Part shown: positions 18,011 through 28,399 of the stretch, in pieces | How the letters are laid out: every line of letters starts with the position of its first letter | Position numbering within the stretch: position 1 is the stretch's first letter | DNA from: Bdellovibrionota bacterium | Lineage (GTDB): Bacteria; Bdellovibrionota; UBA1018; UBA923 | Length of the DNA: 39,559 nucleotides | Reading direction: 5' to 3' | Assembly (NCBI GenBank): GCA_040754655.1 | Contig: JBFMCE010000030.1 | Span: 1 to 39,559, forward strand | Program-made: the position numbers and the translations under genes | Notes under the pieces: generated by a model | What the model was told of the DNA's origin: nothing | What the model saw: only the letters and a program-made list of their open reading frames with translations | The model's database searches: none

Positions 18011-18862
18011 TCAGTGGGAACCCCCGGCGGCCTTGGGAGCGACTTTCTTTTTCTCCATCGACTTTAGATAGGCAATCACGTCTGCGATCTGATCGTTGCG
18101 GTTCCCGCCATCGCTGATGAACGCCGGCATCGTGGTGTTGAAACGAATCGCTCTGGGATCATCGATCCACCGCTTTAGCCAATCCATCTTAAAGTATTGG
18201 GTCACATTCACGGGGTAATTCAACTCAACCCCTCGAGCCCCGCCTTCGCCGTTCATGCTATGGCACGGCATGCACTGCTTTCTAAAAGCCAAGAATCCTC
18301 GTTTCGCAGATCGCGAACTCGCACTCGGAGGCGCCATGTTCGGAAATCGTTCTGCAAAACTCACAAGATCAACACTCACTATCTGATAAGGCCAAATACT
18401 CACGCCTTCGTTTTTCACTTTTGGCTGCTTCAGATTGTTCCAAACCATATAAAAGGGCCCGAGCTCCACCCTTTCTCCTCCGTGATGCCGGTTGATTATC
18501 GAAAAATCGCCAGACTCTTTCTTGAGAGCGAGAAACGCATCATAGTCTTGAAAAACCCTTGATGGAATCGAGGGCTGGTATCCGTCAGCACAAGTGAACA
18601 AGAGCTCTTCGGCCCTCTTCCAGGCGTCACCATAGACCGAGTTCAATATTTTTTGGAATTGCAAAGCCTCATATGTGACCTGCTCCTTCGCGCTAGGGTC
18701 ATCAACCCTTACCTTCTCAGGTGAGACGACCTTTTGAAGCGAATCAAGGCTGAGCTTCTTTACTTCTTTTCCATGGCTCTTGAAGGTGAATGTCTGATCT
18801 GACCCAAAAGCCCTCAGCGGCAAAACGCATAACGTTGCAACGACCCAATACCTCAATAACAT
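18011..18862 (-). CDS. Exported monoheme c-type cytochrome with N-terminal molybdopterin-oxidoreductase-like domain
   Basis: Signal peptide; FTCADGYQPSI, LGPFYMVW, WPYQIV; CMPCH heme motif and distal TMPAF Met. Confidence 0.8.
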   Translation of the reverse strand: MLLRYWVVATLCVLPLRAFGSDQTFTFKSHGKEVKKLSLDSLQKVVSPEKVRVDDPSAKEQVTYEALQFQKILNSVYGDAWKRAEELLFTCADGYQPSIPSRVFQDYDAFLALKKESGDFSIINRHHGGERVELGPFYMVWNNLKQPKVKNEGVSIWPYQIVSVDLVSFAERFPNMAPPSASSRSAKRGFLAFRKQCMPCHSMNGEGGARGVELNYPVNVTQYFKMDWLKRWIDDPRAIRFNTTMPAFISDGGNRNDQIADVIAYLKSMEKKKVAPKAAGGSH

Positions 18863-18950
18863 CGGTTCACCTCGTGGCTGGTTTGAGGCGGAATCTTATC
18901 GCAATTAGAGCGTCATTCCAAAACATTTATGGCATCGAGCTTACGGCTGG

Positions 18951-19796
18951 TCAGAGAAGGTCATTCCGGTCTGAAAACAGGATCTGCAAGTAATGCGTCT
19001 TTCCGCCTGATTTCTTGAATCTTCTGCTGTCGAGGATGAAGTTATCGATGAACATCTCAAAGTTCTCGCGATCGTCAGGATCGATCGACATGAATCGAAA
19101 CCGGGTGTAAGGGCGATTCCGATCATCGCGATAACACTGCTCAAGCTCACGGCGCACGAGAAGATGCGTCAGCCGATCGCCCACGGCCTTTCGAGGAATA
19201 ATGAATGCATCTTGGGTTACTAAATACTTTCCGTTTTCAAGCCTCTTCAGCATGCCAACACGCGAGAGCTCCTGAACCCGCTTTGTCGTCGACTCGATCC
19301 CGGAATCAGTCTTTTCAGCGATCTCATTTAGAGTGAACCCTTCGTCCCCGCAACTGATGAACAAGTTGATGATGTCCCAAGCAACAAGATCGGTTTCGAG
19401 ATATTGGATCTGTTCAGTGCCAAGCTCATATTTGGTCTGAAGCCGATTGAATTCGAGCAAGGCATGGAACTTTTCTTTGTACGTTGTGTAAGAATCATTC
19501 ATCAAAATACGGCTTCCACCGTTTTTGTTTTCAGAGGAAAAGAACCCCTTAAAAAGGTCGTTGGGCATCAGGGTCCAGCAATAACTGTACAAAAACCCTC
19601 TGATTTCTTCGATCTCTAGAGCCTCAACTAAGCCAATAAGTTTCTCAGCAGGTGGCAAATACTTGCCAGCCTCTATATTGGCATAAGATTCATAACTCAT
19701 TGAAAGTGCTATCTTTTTTTGACGATGAAACTCTTTTGCTGTAGCGAATCCTAGCCTTTTTCTGCCTTCGCGAATCCACTCATGAAATGCCTTCAT
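18951..19796 (-). CDS. Transcriptional regulator (N-terminal XRE-type HTH plus winged helix)
   Basis: IREGRKRLG..YANIEAGKYLP; FTLNEIAEKT..TTKRVQELSRVGMLKR; AAGGTGG RBS before ATG 19796. Confidence 0.7.
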   Translation of the reverse strand: MKAFHEWIREGRKRLGFATAKEFHRQKKIALSMSYESYANIEAGKYLPPAEKLIGLVEALEIEEIRGFLYSYCWTLMPNDLFKGFFSSENKNGGSRILMNDSYTTYKEKFHALLEFNRLQTKYELGTEQIQYLETDLVAWDIINLFISCGDEGFTLNEIAEKTDSGIESTTKRVQELSRVGMLKRLENGKYLVTQDAFIIPRKAVGDRLTHLLVRRELEQCYRDDRNRPYTRFRFMSIDPDDRENFEMFIDNFILDSRRFKKSGGKTHYLQILFSDRNDLL

Positions 19797-20047
19797 AGCC
19801 CACCTTAATGCAGGGCTTATACAATTTAAGTTATTTAAATCACCAACAAAATTTTTTTCAATTTGATGTGATTTTTGTTTGACTCGGCCGGGCGCACGGC
19901 TGTATATCGCTACGCGTTGACTGAATGGGGTTCTCACTCGCGAAATTGAAGTCGCCGAAAAAAAGGCAGTTGACCGCTGTCTTGAGAATCCAGTCGTTAA
20001 CAGGTCTTTGAAAAGTGCAAAGGTTTTAAAAGAATCGCTAGCGGCTG

Positions 20048-20818
20048 TTACATGCCCAGGATTTGATAACCAGAGTCAACATACAAGGTTTCCCCGGTCA
20101 CTCCCCCTGAACGGGGACTGAGGACAAAAAGACCGGCCTCAGCCACTTCCTCGAGACTCACGTTTCGGCGAAGAGGAGCTTTGGACTCTACGACCTGGAG
20201 CATCCCCTTAAACCCCCTAATCCCCGCAGCCGCAAGCGTGCGGACGGGGCCTGCAGAAATCGCGTTTACGCGAATATTTTGTGGGCCCAATTCTGCTGCC
20301 AAATAACGAACCGTGCACTCTAGCGCAGCTTTAGCAACACCCATGACATTGTAATTTGGAACGACTTTTTCGGCTCCGTAGTACGAGAAAGTCAGTATGC
20401 TTCCGCCTCCCGCTTTCTGCATCAAAGGTGCCGCCTCACGCGCAAGCGGAACAAGGCTGTAGGCACTGATTTCAAGCGCCGTTAAGAAACCCTTTCTCGA
20501 GGTTGAAGCAAAGCTGCCTTCCAGTTCATCTTTCTCAGCATACGCGACCGCATGGACGACGCCATCAAGTGAACCCCAGGTTTCAGCGACACTCTTAAAG
20601 ACCGCCGAAATCTGGCCATCATCACGCACGTCACAAGGAAGAATAATCTTTGAACCCACCGACTCGGCAAGCGGGCGAACCCTGCGCTCAAGCGCATCGC
20701 CAAGGTAGGTAAATGCCATCTCAGCGCCCTCTCGGTGAAGGGCTTGCGCCACTCCCCAGGCAAGACTACGCTCGTTAGCCACGCCCACGACCAAAACTTT
20801 TTTTCCCTTCATATTCAT
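20048..20818 (-). CDS. fabI: Enoyl-ACP reductase FabI
   Basis: GVANERSLAWG, VHAVAYA, ISAYSL, NYNVMGVAKAALE, NAISAGPVRTLAA. Confidence 0.97.
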   Translation of the reverse strand: MNMKGKKVLVVGVANERSLAWGVAQALHREGAEMAFTYLGDALERRVRPLAESVGSKIILPCDVRDDGQISAVFKSVAETWGSLDGVVHAVAYAEKDELEGSFASTSRKGFLTALEISAYSLVPLAREAAPLMQKAGGGSILTFSYYGAEKVVPNYNVMGVAKAALECTVRYLAAELGPQNIRVNAISAGPVRTLAAAGIRGFKGMLQVVESKAPLRRNVSLEEVAEAGLFVLSPRSGGVTGETLYVDSGYQILGM

Positions 20819-21771
20819 CGATACATCTCCAATGCGTACTGATTTAAAATTCCGAGCCCTATGAAAAAGAACAGCATGTAAATCAAGATGACAAGAAAAA
20901 GCTTAAAATCGGTGCGAAAGAAAGGAATGTAATAAAACTTTGAACGGAACGCCTTGTTCACGTTCTTGCCTTCCAAAAAGCGTTCCACGTCCGGCGACAC
21001 CTCGCTCAACAAAACCTCAATCGCCGCTTCACCCACCTCGCGACGCGCAAGAGCCGGTGAGCCTAGGTGCCCCAACCCTTCCCCTACTTTTTTCCCGCTC
21101 GAACGGCGCATCTTCCAAACACGATCGAGTACCGCTGGTTTGAGTTCCTTATAGATGGGTTTTACGAGGTCCGGCTTGGCTACCATCATCAAAGATGTTT
21201 CAAGAAATCCGCCATGATAATCCGTTTTGAGCGCCTCTCTTTCATCGCTCGTCAGTGCTGAACTCTGACGAGCGAGTTGAGAGGCGATTTTCTCTATGAA
21301 ACTCCCCTCCAAAACCTCGAATAAAATTCGTGAAGACGCGCTGATCATCCGAACGCGGTGCCTCCACCTCATTCTGGCGGCGACCTCTTCAAGAACGACG
21401 ATATGCCTAGGCCCACCATGGGCGCCAACCGCGATTAGATTACGAAAGCCATCTTTGGCCAATTGCCGGCAACAGTCATATAACAACGCTCGCAGCGTTC
21501 GAGGGCTCACCTCGATCGTTCCTGCGTACGTCAGGGTATCACTGCCAGCGAAAATCGTAGGGAACAAGACGAAGCTCCAATCCGGGTACTTCGCTTGAAG
21601 CCTCTCAGCCATCTTCTGGCTGAAGAATTCGGCGGTGAAAGCATCGACGCCTAACGGCAAGTGGGGCCCATGCTGTTCGAGCGGACCCGAAGGCACAAAT
21701 ACGGCTGTTTTATCGCGATCAAGCGAAGACAGGTCAACGTGAGAGAGATTCTCATATCGCAATATCGGCAT
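20815..21771 (-). CDS. Creatininase-family amidohydrolase with C-terminal TM helix
   Basis: GPLEQHGPHLPLGVD, GAHGG, DYHGGFLETS; hydrophobic C-terminal segment. Confidence 0.85.
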   Translation of the reverse strand: MPILRYENLSHVDLSSLDRDKTAVFVPSGPLEQHGPHLPLGVDAFTAEFFSQKMAERLQAKYPDWSFVLFPTIFAGSDTLTYAGTIEVSPRTLRALLYDCCRQLAKDGFRNLIAVGAHGGPRHIVVLEEVAARMRWRHRVRMISASSRILFEVLEGSFIEKIASQLARQSSALTSDEREALKTDYHGGFLETSLMMVAKPDLVKPIYKELKPAVLDRVWKMRRSSGKKVGEGLGHLGSPALARREVGEAAIEVLLSEVSPDVERFLEGKNVNKAFRSKFYYIPFFRTDFKLFLVILIYMLFFFIGLGILNQYALEMYR

Positions 21772-21790
21772 TATTCACCTTCCCTTGCTT

Positions 21791-22480
21791 TTAAAAAGCC
21801 CGTTCACGACTTCCAAAGAGCCGTGTCCCCAAACGAACACAGTGAGATCCTTCTTCGATGGCAACCTCAAAATCGTCGCTCATTCCCATGCTGAGTTTAA
21901 GCGGTTCGTCTTGCTGAAACCGCTTGGCGAGCTCGCGAAGCTTGCGAAACGCTGGCCGGGTCCCTTCGCTCGAAGGCGCCTTGGCCGGAATGCACATCAA
22001 TCCTTCTAGTTTAAGGCCCTCTTGGCTGCGCACCAACCGAACTAGTGATTCGACCTCGTCCACGGCAACGCCTGCCTTCAACGGCTCCCGGTCAATGTTG
22101 ACTTGGATATACACACGCAAGGCCGAAGCCCTTTGGTCATTTTGCCGCCGAGCCAATTCATGAATCAATTTCGGCGAATCAAGCGCCTGAAAGACATGCA
22201 TGGCGCCTAAGGCCTGTTTCACCTTGTTTGATTGCAGATGCCCAATCAGGTGCCAACGAATCTCTTTGAGGTGCGAGCAATGCTTCCGACGCTCCAGAAG
22301 TTCTTGCACGTAATTTTCGCCGAAGTCCCTCAGACCCGCGTCGTAGGCTTCAAATATACGCTCAAGGGGCTGAAACTTGGTCACCGCGAGCAAGGTGATG
22401 TCGTTTGCGTCGCGATTCGATCGTTTGCATGCCTCAAAAATCTTAGATCTGATCTCATGAAGATTTCTTGCAACACTCAT
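21791..22480 (-). CDS. yggS: YggS-family PLP homeostasis protein
   Basis: LLAVTK, FGENYVQE, WHLIGHLQSNK, LSMGMSDDFEVAIEEGS..VRLG. Confidence 0.96.
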   Translation of the reverse strand: MSVARNLHEIRSKIFEACKRSNRDANDITLLAVTKFQPLERIFEAYDAGLRDFGENYVQELLERRKHCSHLKEIRWHLIGHLQSNKVKQALGAMHVFQALDSPKLIHELARRQNDQRASALRVYIQVNIDREPLKAGVAVDEVESLVRLVRSQEGLKLEGLMCIPAKAPSSEGTRPAFRKLRELAKRFQQDEPLKLSMGMSDDFEVAIEEGSHCVRLGTRLFGSRERAF

Positions 22481-23069
22481 ACAGGTTTCCGCCGAAGGTC
22501 TTTGTAAAAGCCTTCAGCACTTGAGGCAAAGGAAGCCCAATCACGTTTGAATAAGAGCCACTCACCTTCTCAATGAAAGAGAGGCCTATCCCCTGGGCGG
22601 CGTAGGCGCCAGCCTTGTCCATGGGCTCTCCGGTAGAGACGTACCACTTCCAAAAATCCGTGGGCATGTCTGCGAACGTAACCCTTGTCCTTACATGACC
22701 ACAAAGCACGCGCAGCTTGCTCTCACGCGTGCCCATCCAGCAATACCCGGTGACAACTTCGTGCGTGCGCCCCGAAAGCTTGGTAAGCATTTTCAGCGCC
22801 TCTCCCTGATTAGAAGGTTTTCCCAGTACGAGCGTTCCGTAAACCACGACGGTATCGGCAGCCAAGACAATCCAGTCGCTTGAACTTGAGCGCTTCTGAG
22901 AGACCACGCTCTCAGCCTTCTCTCGCGCCAGTCTTTGGACAAAATGATGCGCCGGCTCGCCGCGCAAGCGGGCCTCATTGATATTTGAAGATTTTACGGA
23001 AAATGCGATGCCCAAGCTCTCAAGCATTTGCCTGCGCCGAGGAGATCCAGAAGCTAAAACCAATTCCAT
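22455..23069 (-). CDS. maf: Maf-family nucleoside triphosphate pyrophosphatase
   Basis: LVLASGSPRRR, AADTVV, LSGRTHEVVTG, DKAGAY, NVIGLP. Confidence 0.95.
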   Translation of the reverse strand: MELVLASGSPRRRQMLESLGIAFSVKSSNINEARLRGEPAHHFVQRLAREKAESVVSQKRSSSSDWIVLAADTVVVYGTLVLGKPSNQGEALKMLTKLSGRTHEVVTGYCWMGTRESKLRVLCGHVRTRVTFADMPTDFWKWYVSTGEPMDKAGAYAAQGIGLSFIEKVSGSYSNVIGLPLPQVLKAFTKTFGGNLYECCKKSS

Positions 23070-23071
23070 GA

Positions 23072-24040
23072 TTACGAGAAATACATGAAGGTTGATAAAA
23101 AGCGAAACTGATCTTTAAAATCTTTGAATGAGGCGGTTTTCTTATAGAAAATATTCACTTCCGTGCGACCGCCCGCCTCGCAGACAAATACAATGCCGCC
23201 GCAATTCCGGTAGACATGCGTAAGCCCCAAGCCAGCGCCAGCCGTTATGGATTTGGCCTCGTACTGGCGGCTTTCATAGGTTTTTCCCAAGTGCTGGGTC
23301 AGCAACTTACGCTTATCAAGCGACCCATGATGATCGATCACCGAGATACCGAGCGTATTTCCGTCAAAGCCCACCTTCATCTCGACCGCGTTCTTCTCAA
23401 GAAGTTCAAATGCCGCGTTTCGGGGGGTCTGCGAGTGGGTATGTTTGCCCAGGTCATTTACCGGCGCGTCGAAGATGGCATTCATGATCAACTCATCGGT
23501 AGCCGTAGCGATAACGGTGGCCACGCGGGATTTGAAACCCAGCTTCGTCAAATGTCCCTTTAAAGACTCGATGATGACCTTTTTCTGAAGGCTCTTCGTC
23601 AAAACGACCGACTGCATTTTCGCCTCGGTCACGAAAAACCTCTCGAGACCAAATGCTTTCTCCGCCGATGCAAGCAAGAAAAGACGGCTGATCAAAGCCA
23701 AATCCGACTTTTCAAACGAGCGGTGCACAAAGTGACCGAATATCTGGCTCTGAGAGAGGTAAGACATCTCATGAAAAGGTTCGTCTGAAACATAAAACAA
23801 CAGATTCGGATTCACTTGGGCACTGAACAGTCCCAATTTGTCGGCAACACATTTTTCGAACTTTGTGTATGTGTCCTTGTTCGAAACATCAACGACCACG
23901 ATCGACGCCGGTTCACGCTGAACCTCCGCGCAAATTTCTTCGGCTGAGCCCAAGCTCAAAAAAGGATAGTTCGCGAGTCTCGAAGCCGCTTGGAAGAACT
24001 CTTGGTCTTTTTCGTTGGCTGACAACAATAAAACCCGCAA
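23072..24040 (-). CDS. Degenerate receiver-like N-terminus plus RsbW/SpoIIAB-like HATPase domain
   Basis: MRVLLLS.. N-terminus; TDELIMNAIFDA (N-box), IDHHG (G1), GAGLGL (G2); no HisKA H-box seen. Confidence 0.65.
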   Translation of the reverse strand: MRVLLLSANEKDQEFFQAASRLANYPFLSLGSAEEICAEVQREPASIVVVDVSNKDTYTKFEKCVADKLGLFSAQVNPNLLFYVSDEPFHEMSYLSQSQIFGHFVHRSFEKSDLALISRLFLLASAEKAFGLERFFVTEAKMQSVVLTKSLQKKVIIESLKGHLTKLGFKSRVATVIATATDELIMNAIFDAPVNDLGKHTHSQTPRNAAFELLEKNAVEMKVGFDGNTLGISVIDHHGSLDKRKLLTQHLGKTYESRQYEAKSITAGAGLGLTHVYRNCGGIVFVCEAGGRTEVNIFYKKTASFKDFKDQFRFLSTFMYFS

Positions 24041-24070
24041 TTACTTTGCCTCTTCGTAAGTTTTTCTAAG

Positions 24071-24547
24071 CTATCGGGTTAAAAATCCAAAATACTCTTC
24101 GGGAATATCGTCAAAACTCGCCGTACTTCCGCACTTCGAACACTTGAGATCAGGAATCTGGAAGTTGATCTTCTTGAGATCGCTTGTGCGAAATAAGCCT
24201 AAAAGCTCGGTGCTGCAACTTTGGCAGCAAAACGGAACGTAAATAGACTCCACCGTACCGTTGCACACGAAGTTCGAGATCAAGTTGATCTGCTCTACGA
24301 TAGCGGTCGAACACTCGAGAAAGCGCAACTGGATCCCCTTGGCGGCCAAGCCTGAAAAATACTTTATCCAAGCCTTCACCCCCACCGAATTGATGCGTGG
24401 GACTTCTTTTAAAATAAGGTCCATCTTCGGAACGGTGGGCGGCCCAATCAAAGCAGCGAAGTCGACGTTCTCTTCGATGCTTCCGGTTAACTTGACTAAA
24501 AGAGTATCATCTCGAAGGTCTTTTACAACATTCAGCACTTTTGTCAC
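24071..24547 (-). CDS. STAS-like (anti-sigma antagonist-like) protein with C-terminal zinc ribbon
   Basis: VKLTGSIEE, EVPRINSVGVKAW (DSxG-equivalent Ser), CQSC...CSKC. Confidence 0.75.
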   Translation of the reverse strand: MTKVLNVVKDLRDDTLLVKLTGSIEENVDFAALIGPPTVPKMDLILKEVPRINSVGVKAWIKYFSGLAAKGIQLRFLECSTAIVEQINLISNFVCNGTVESIYVPFCCQSCSTELLGLFRTSDLKKINFQIPDLKCSKCGSTASFDDIPEEYFGFLTR

Positions 24548-24613
24548 CTCGACTCTATAATGATTAAGTGTAGCGGATTATAGTTCAACGGCAACAGCGC
24601 CAGGCGACTTTAC

Positions 24614-24642
24614 TTGACCCCGATTGCCTACCAGGCAATAAT
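24614..24642 (+). promoter_or_regulatory. Candidate sigma70 promoter
   Basis: TTGACC-N17-AATAAT upstream of ATG 24670. Confidence 0.35.
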
Positions 24643-24669
24643 TTCAAACACACATTCTACGGGGGACCC

Positions 24670-25560
24670 ATGAAAAAACGTCACGCTACTCTTGGTTTAG
24701 CTTTGGTTTTGGGTTTATTCTCGGCAAACCAGTCTTCCGGAGAAATCTTGCCTCATAAAATGGGAGTTCCCGCCGCCGTTCACTCACAAAATGAACTCGT
24801 TCATTGGAGCGCTGAAGAAAAACGGGATCTTGAACGTTATCCTAATATGATGCAATTCGTTAAATCAGTAAGAATCGAATCAACCGAGACGCTTCCGGCG
24901 GGGAACGAGCATCTTTCAAAATCAAAACGGGTCTTTAGGCCAGATCAAGAAATGTGGACACAGTTCTTTAGAGCCGCGGTCGCTGACAAACTCACGAATA
25001 TCCGGGCTTTTGCGCTGATTGGCCGCGAACTCAAGAAACGCGGAATCACTGTGTATGGTTTGGGCGCTGATTATGAAAGTGCGGTGCGCCTGAATAAAAT
25101 CGATCTCGGCCTATCGATGCCGGCAAAGAATATCGCCATCGGGGTTTGGGAGCCTGACTCAAACGTTTCGGACCCTGAGTTTCTATTGCACGTTTTGATC
25201 GTCTATACCGAACCCTATGTACACCAATTTCCAGACGAGGTACTTCCGGCTAACCTCAAGATCGGCTATGGCCTCGAAACACACTATATGAGCGACGGTG
25301 AGCGCAAAGAAGGCCATATGATGAAAGCCGACCTTTACTATGGCCAAAATGGCCTGGGTTTCAAGAATGTCCAGGGAGTCGGGGGCCAAAAACGAGGTTT
25401 CGTGGGTTTCATGCAAAAACTGCTTTTTTTCTTACCTGACGCGGTCCATAGCATGATGATCAATGAACGTGAAAATGCCATGATCACCGAAGCTCTCGTA
25501 AACACAAAAGTCGAAGATTTCGAGACGCGAGAGGCCTATCGAATTCGTTATCAAAACTAG
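24670..25560 (+). CDS. Exported hypothetical protein
   Basis: GGGGGA RBS; signal peptide MKKRHATLGLALVLGLFSA; 296-aa ORF. Confidence 0.65.
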   Translation: MKKRHATLGLALVLGLFSANQSSGEILPHKMGVPAAVHSQNELVHWSAEEKRDLERYPNMMQFVKSVRIESTETLPAGNEHLSKSKRVFRPDQEMWTQFFRAAVADKLTNIRAFALIGRELKKRGITVYGLGADYESAVRLNKIDLGLSMPAKNIAIGVWEPDSNVSDPEFLLHVLIVYTEPYVHQFPDEVLPANLKIGYGLETHYMSDGERKEGHMMKADLYYGQNGLGFKNVQGVGGQKRGFVGFMQKLLFFLPDAVHSMMINERENAMITEALVNTKVEDFETREAYRIRYQN

Positions 25561-25624
25561 TGCAGAAGTATTTGAAATTACAACTTGTTTGCATTAGCGG
25601 CCTGGACTAAGATGTCAAGGTTAG

Positions 25625-26446
25625 ATGCAATCAAAACAAGCGCAGTTACACTTGAATAATCGAACTTTCACCAATGACCGCAAGCACTCGATCGCGGTCG
25701 ACATGCTCGAACGTTATACGGGCTCAGATCTTGAGCAGTTCCGAAAGCAAATCATCCTGACGAATTTCGACTATTACATTGAACGATTTAAGCTTTTGTC
25801 AGGAACTGTATTCACCAAGGGCAGCGCGATGAACGCAGCCCATAACCCCGATAAAGATGTTTCGATCATCGACTTCAGCATTGGCAGCCCTAATGCAGCA
25901 CTCATTATTGAGTTGCTCAGCGTTGTCAATCCTAAGGCAGTCTTGTTTCTTGGAATGTGCGGCGGGCTCCATAGGTCGCTTAAGGTTGGCGACTTCATTT
26001 TGCCGATGGCTGCCATTCGAGACGAGGGAGCGTCAAGACACTTCATGCCCCCCCAGGTGCCAGCGCTACCGACGTTTAAGATCCAAAAATTCGTAAGCCA
26101 GATCATTGTCGAAAAGGGCCTGGATTATCGGACCGGAGTGGTACACACTACCGATTATCGCTTCTGGGAGTTCAATGACCGGTTCAAAGAAACTCTCTAT
26201 GAGGAGCGGGCTCTTGCGATTGAAATGGAGTGCGCCACGTTGTTCGTTGCCGGTTTTGCCAGCAAAGTTCCGATTGGGGCTCTCTTACTCGTAAGCGATC
26301 TTCCACTAAGAAGAGGTGGAATTAAGACGAAGAAGTCGGCCAAGAAAGTTTTCAAAAAATATACGGATTTACACTTGGATATGGGCATTAAGGCGATGAG
26401 TGAAATCGCCGATAGAGGCGAACATATCCGTCATTACAAGTGGTAG
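25625..26446 (+). CDS. amn: AMP nucleosidase (short PNP/UDP-family form)
   Basis: DMLERYTG, ILTNF, IGSPNAA, FLGMCGGL, AIRDEG.S, TTDYRFWE, IEMECATLF, LLVSDLP. Confidence 0.9.
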   Translation: MQSKQAQLHLNNRTFTNDRKHSIAVDMLERYTGSDLEQFRKQIILTNFDYYIERFKLLSGTVFTKGSAMNAAHNPDKDVSIIDFSIGSPNAALIIELLSVVNPKAVLFLGMCGGLHRSLKVGDFILPMAAIRDEGASRHFMPPQVPALPTFKIQKFVSQIIVEKGLDYRTGVVHTTDYRFWEFNDRFKETLYEERALAIEMECATLFVAGFASKVPIGALLLVSDLPLRRGGIKTKKSAKKVFKKYTDLHLDMGIKAMSEIADRGEHIRHYKW

Positions 26447-27484
<1,038 letters not shown>

Positions 27485-27490
27485 AGAAAC

Positions 27491-28270
27491 GTGACGAAGA
27501 AATCAACAGACGACGAAAACAAGCCGCAGTTCTTTGAGATCAAGGAAAAGCCGATGATCCACAAGATCTTCGATGTGCTGGTTCGTCACAATATTCCGGT
27601 GACCTTGTGGCTGAAGAACCAAACCCTGCGTTTTGAAACGACCTTCGTAAAACTCAATGCTGATCTCAAAAACCTCACCACCGGCATCCCAGGCGATGTT
27701 GGCGAAGCCAGACTCACAGCTTCCATAAAAGCTCAGGGCAATGAAGAGATCTTAGGATCATTTCAGGTTGATGCCGTGAACTTTTTCTTCAAGAGCAAAT
27801 ACATCGCCGGAAACGACCTGGCGTATTTCGCTGTGGCCCTTCCCGAGCAACTCTACAAACTGCAACGGCGCCAAAACCTTCGAATACCCTTTGCCCGTGA
27901 GCGTGCCCCCGTTTTGACGATGGCAGATCCCACGAAAGACTACGGCCCCAGCAAAGCCATCTCAGAGGAAGACCTTCTGTCCTTTCGGGTGCTCGACTTG
28001 AGCGCCGGGGGAGTCGCCATCGCGGCCGAAATGGATCATAAAGACAAATTCAAACGCGGCTTAAAACTCGCTGATTTACGTTTTACCCTGAAAGACGCCC
28101 AGATCATCGCAAGCGGGGTAGTCGCCTATGCTTCCGAGAAGAAGAACGAAAAGGGCCACGCTTACATAAAAGTGGGCGTTAAATTCAATCCTCTCAAAGC
28201 TCAATACGACCGGCAGATCGTGCAGTTTGTTTTGGATGAGAGCCGGCGTGTTTTCTCGCTGTTGTATTGA
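27491..28270 (+). CDS. YcgR-like PilZ-domain protein
   Basis: LQRRQNLRI (RxxxR), LDLSAGGV (DxSxxG), GVKF, plus an N-terminal extra domain. Confidence 0.85.
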   Translation: MTKKSTDDENKPQFFEIKEKPMIHKIFDVLVRHNIPVTLWLKNQTLRFETTFVKLNADLKNLTTGIPGDVGEARLTASIKAQGNEEILGSFQVDAVNFFFKSKYIAGNDLAYFAVALPEQLYKLQRRQNLRIPFARERAPVLTMADPTKDYGPSKAISEEDLLSFRVLDLSAGGVAIAAEMDHKDKFKRGLKLADLRFTLKDAQIIASGVVAYASEKKNEKGHAYIKVGVKFNPLKAQYDRQIVQFVLDESRRVFSLLY

Positions 28271-28399
28271 AAGCCCTCTACAAGCATGGGAACCAATGGC
28301 TTCGATAGCTTCCGCATCGAATCTGACCGGTTTTCTGATTCAGAAATTCCTTTATAGAAAGTAAAAACGAAAGTGCCTCACTTGCGCACAGCTTAAAAC

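Noticed and set aside
19797..19937. Extended N-terminus of the regulator ORF
   Set aside because: AT-rich promoter-like sequence; a good RBS sits before ATG 19796.
20815..21771. Mycofactocin or other RiPP cluster from the creatininase-family gene
   Set aside because: No precursor, radical SAM or RRE genes nearby.
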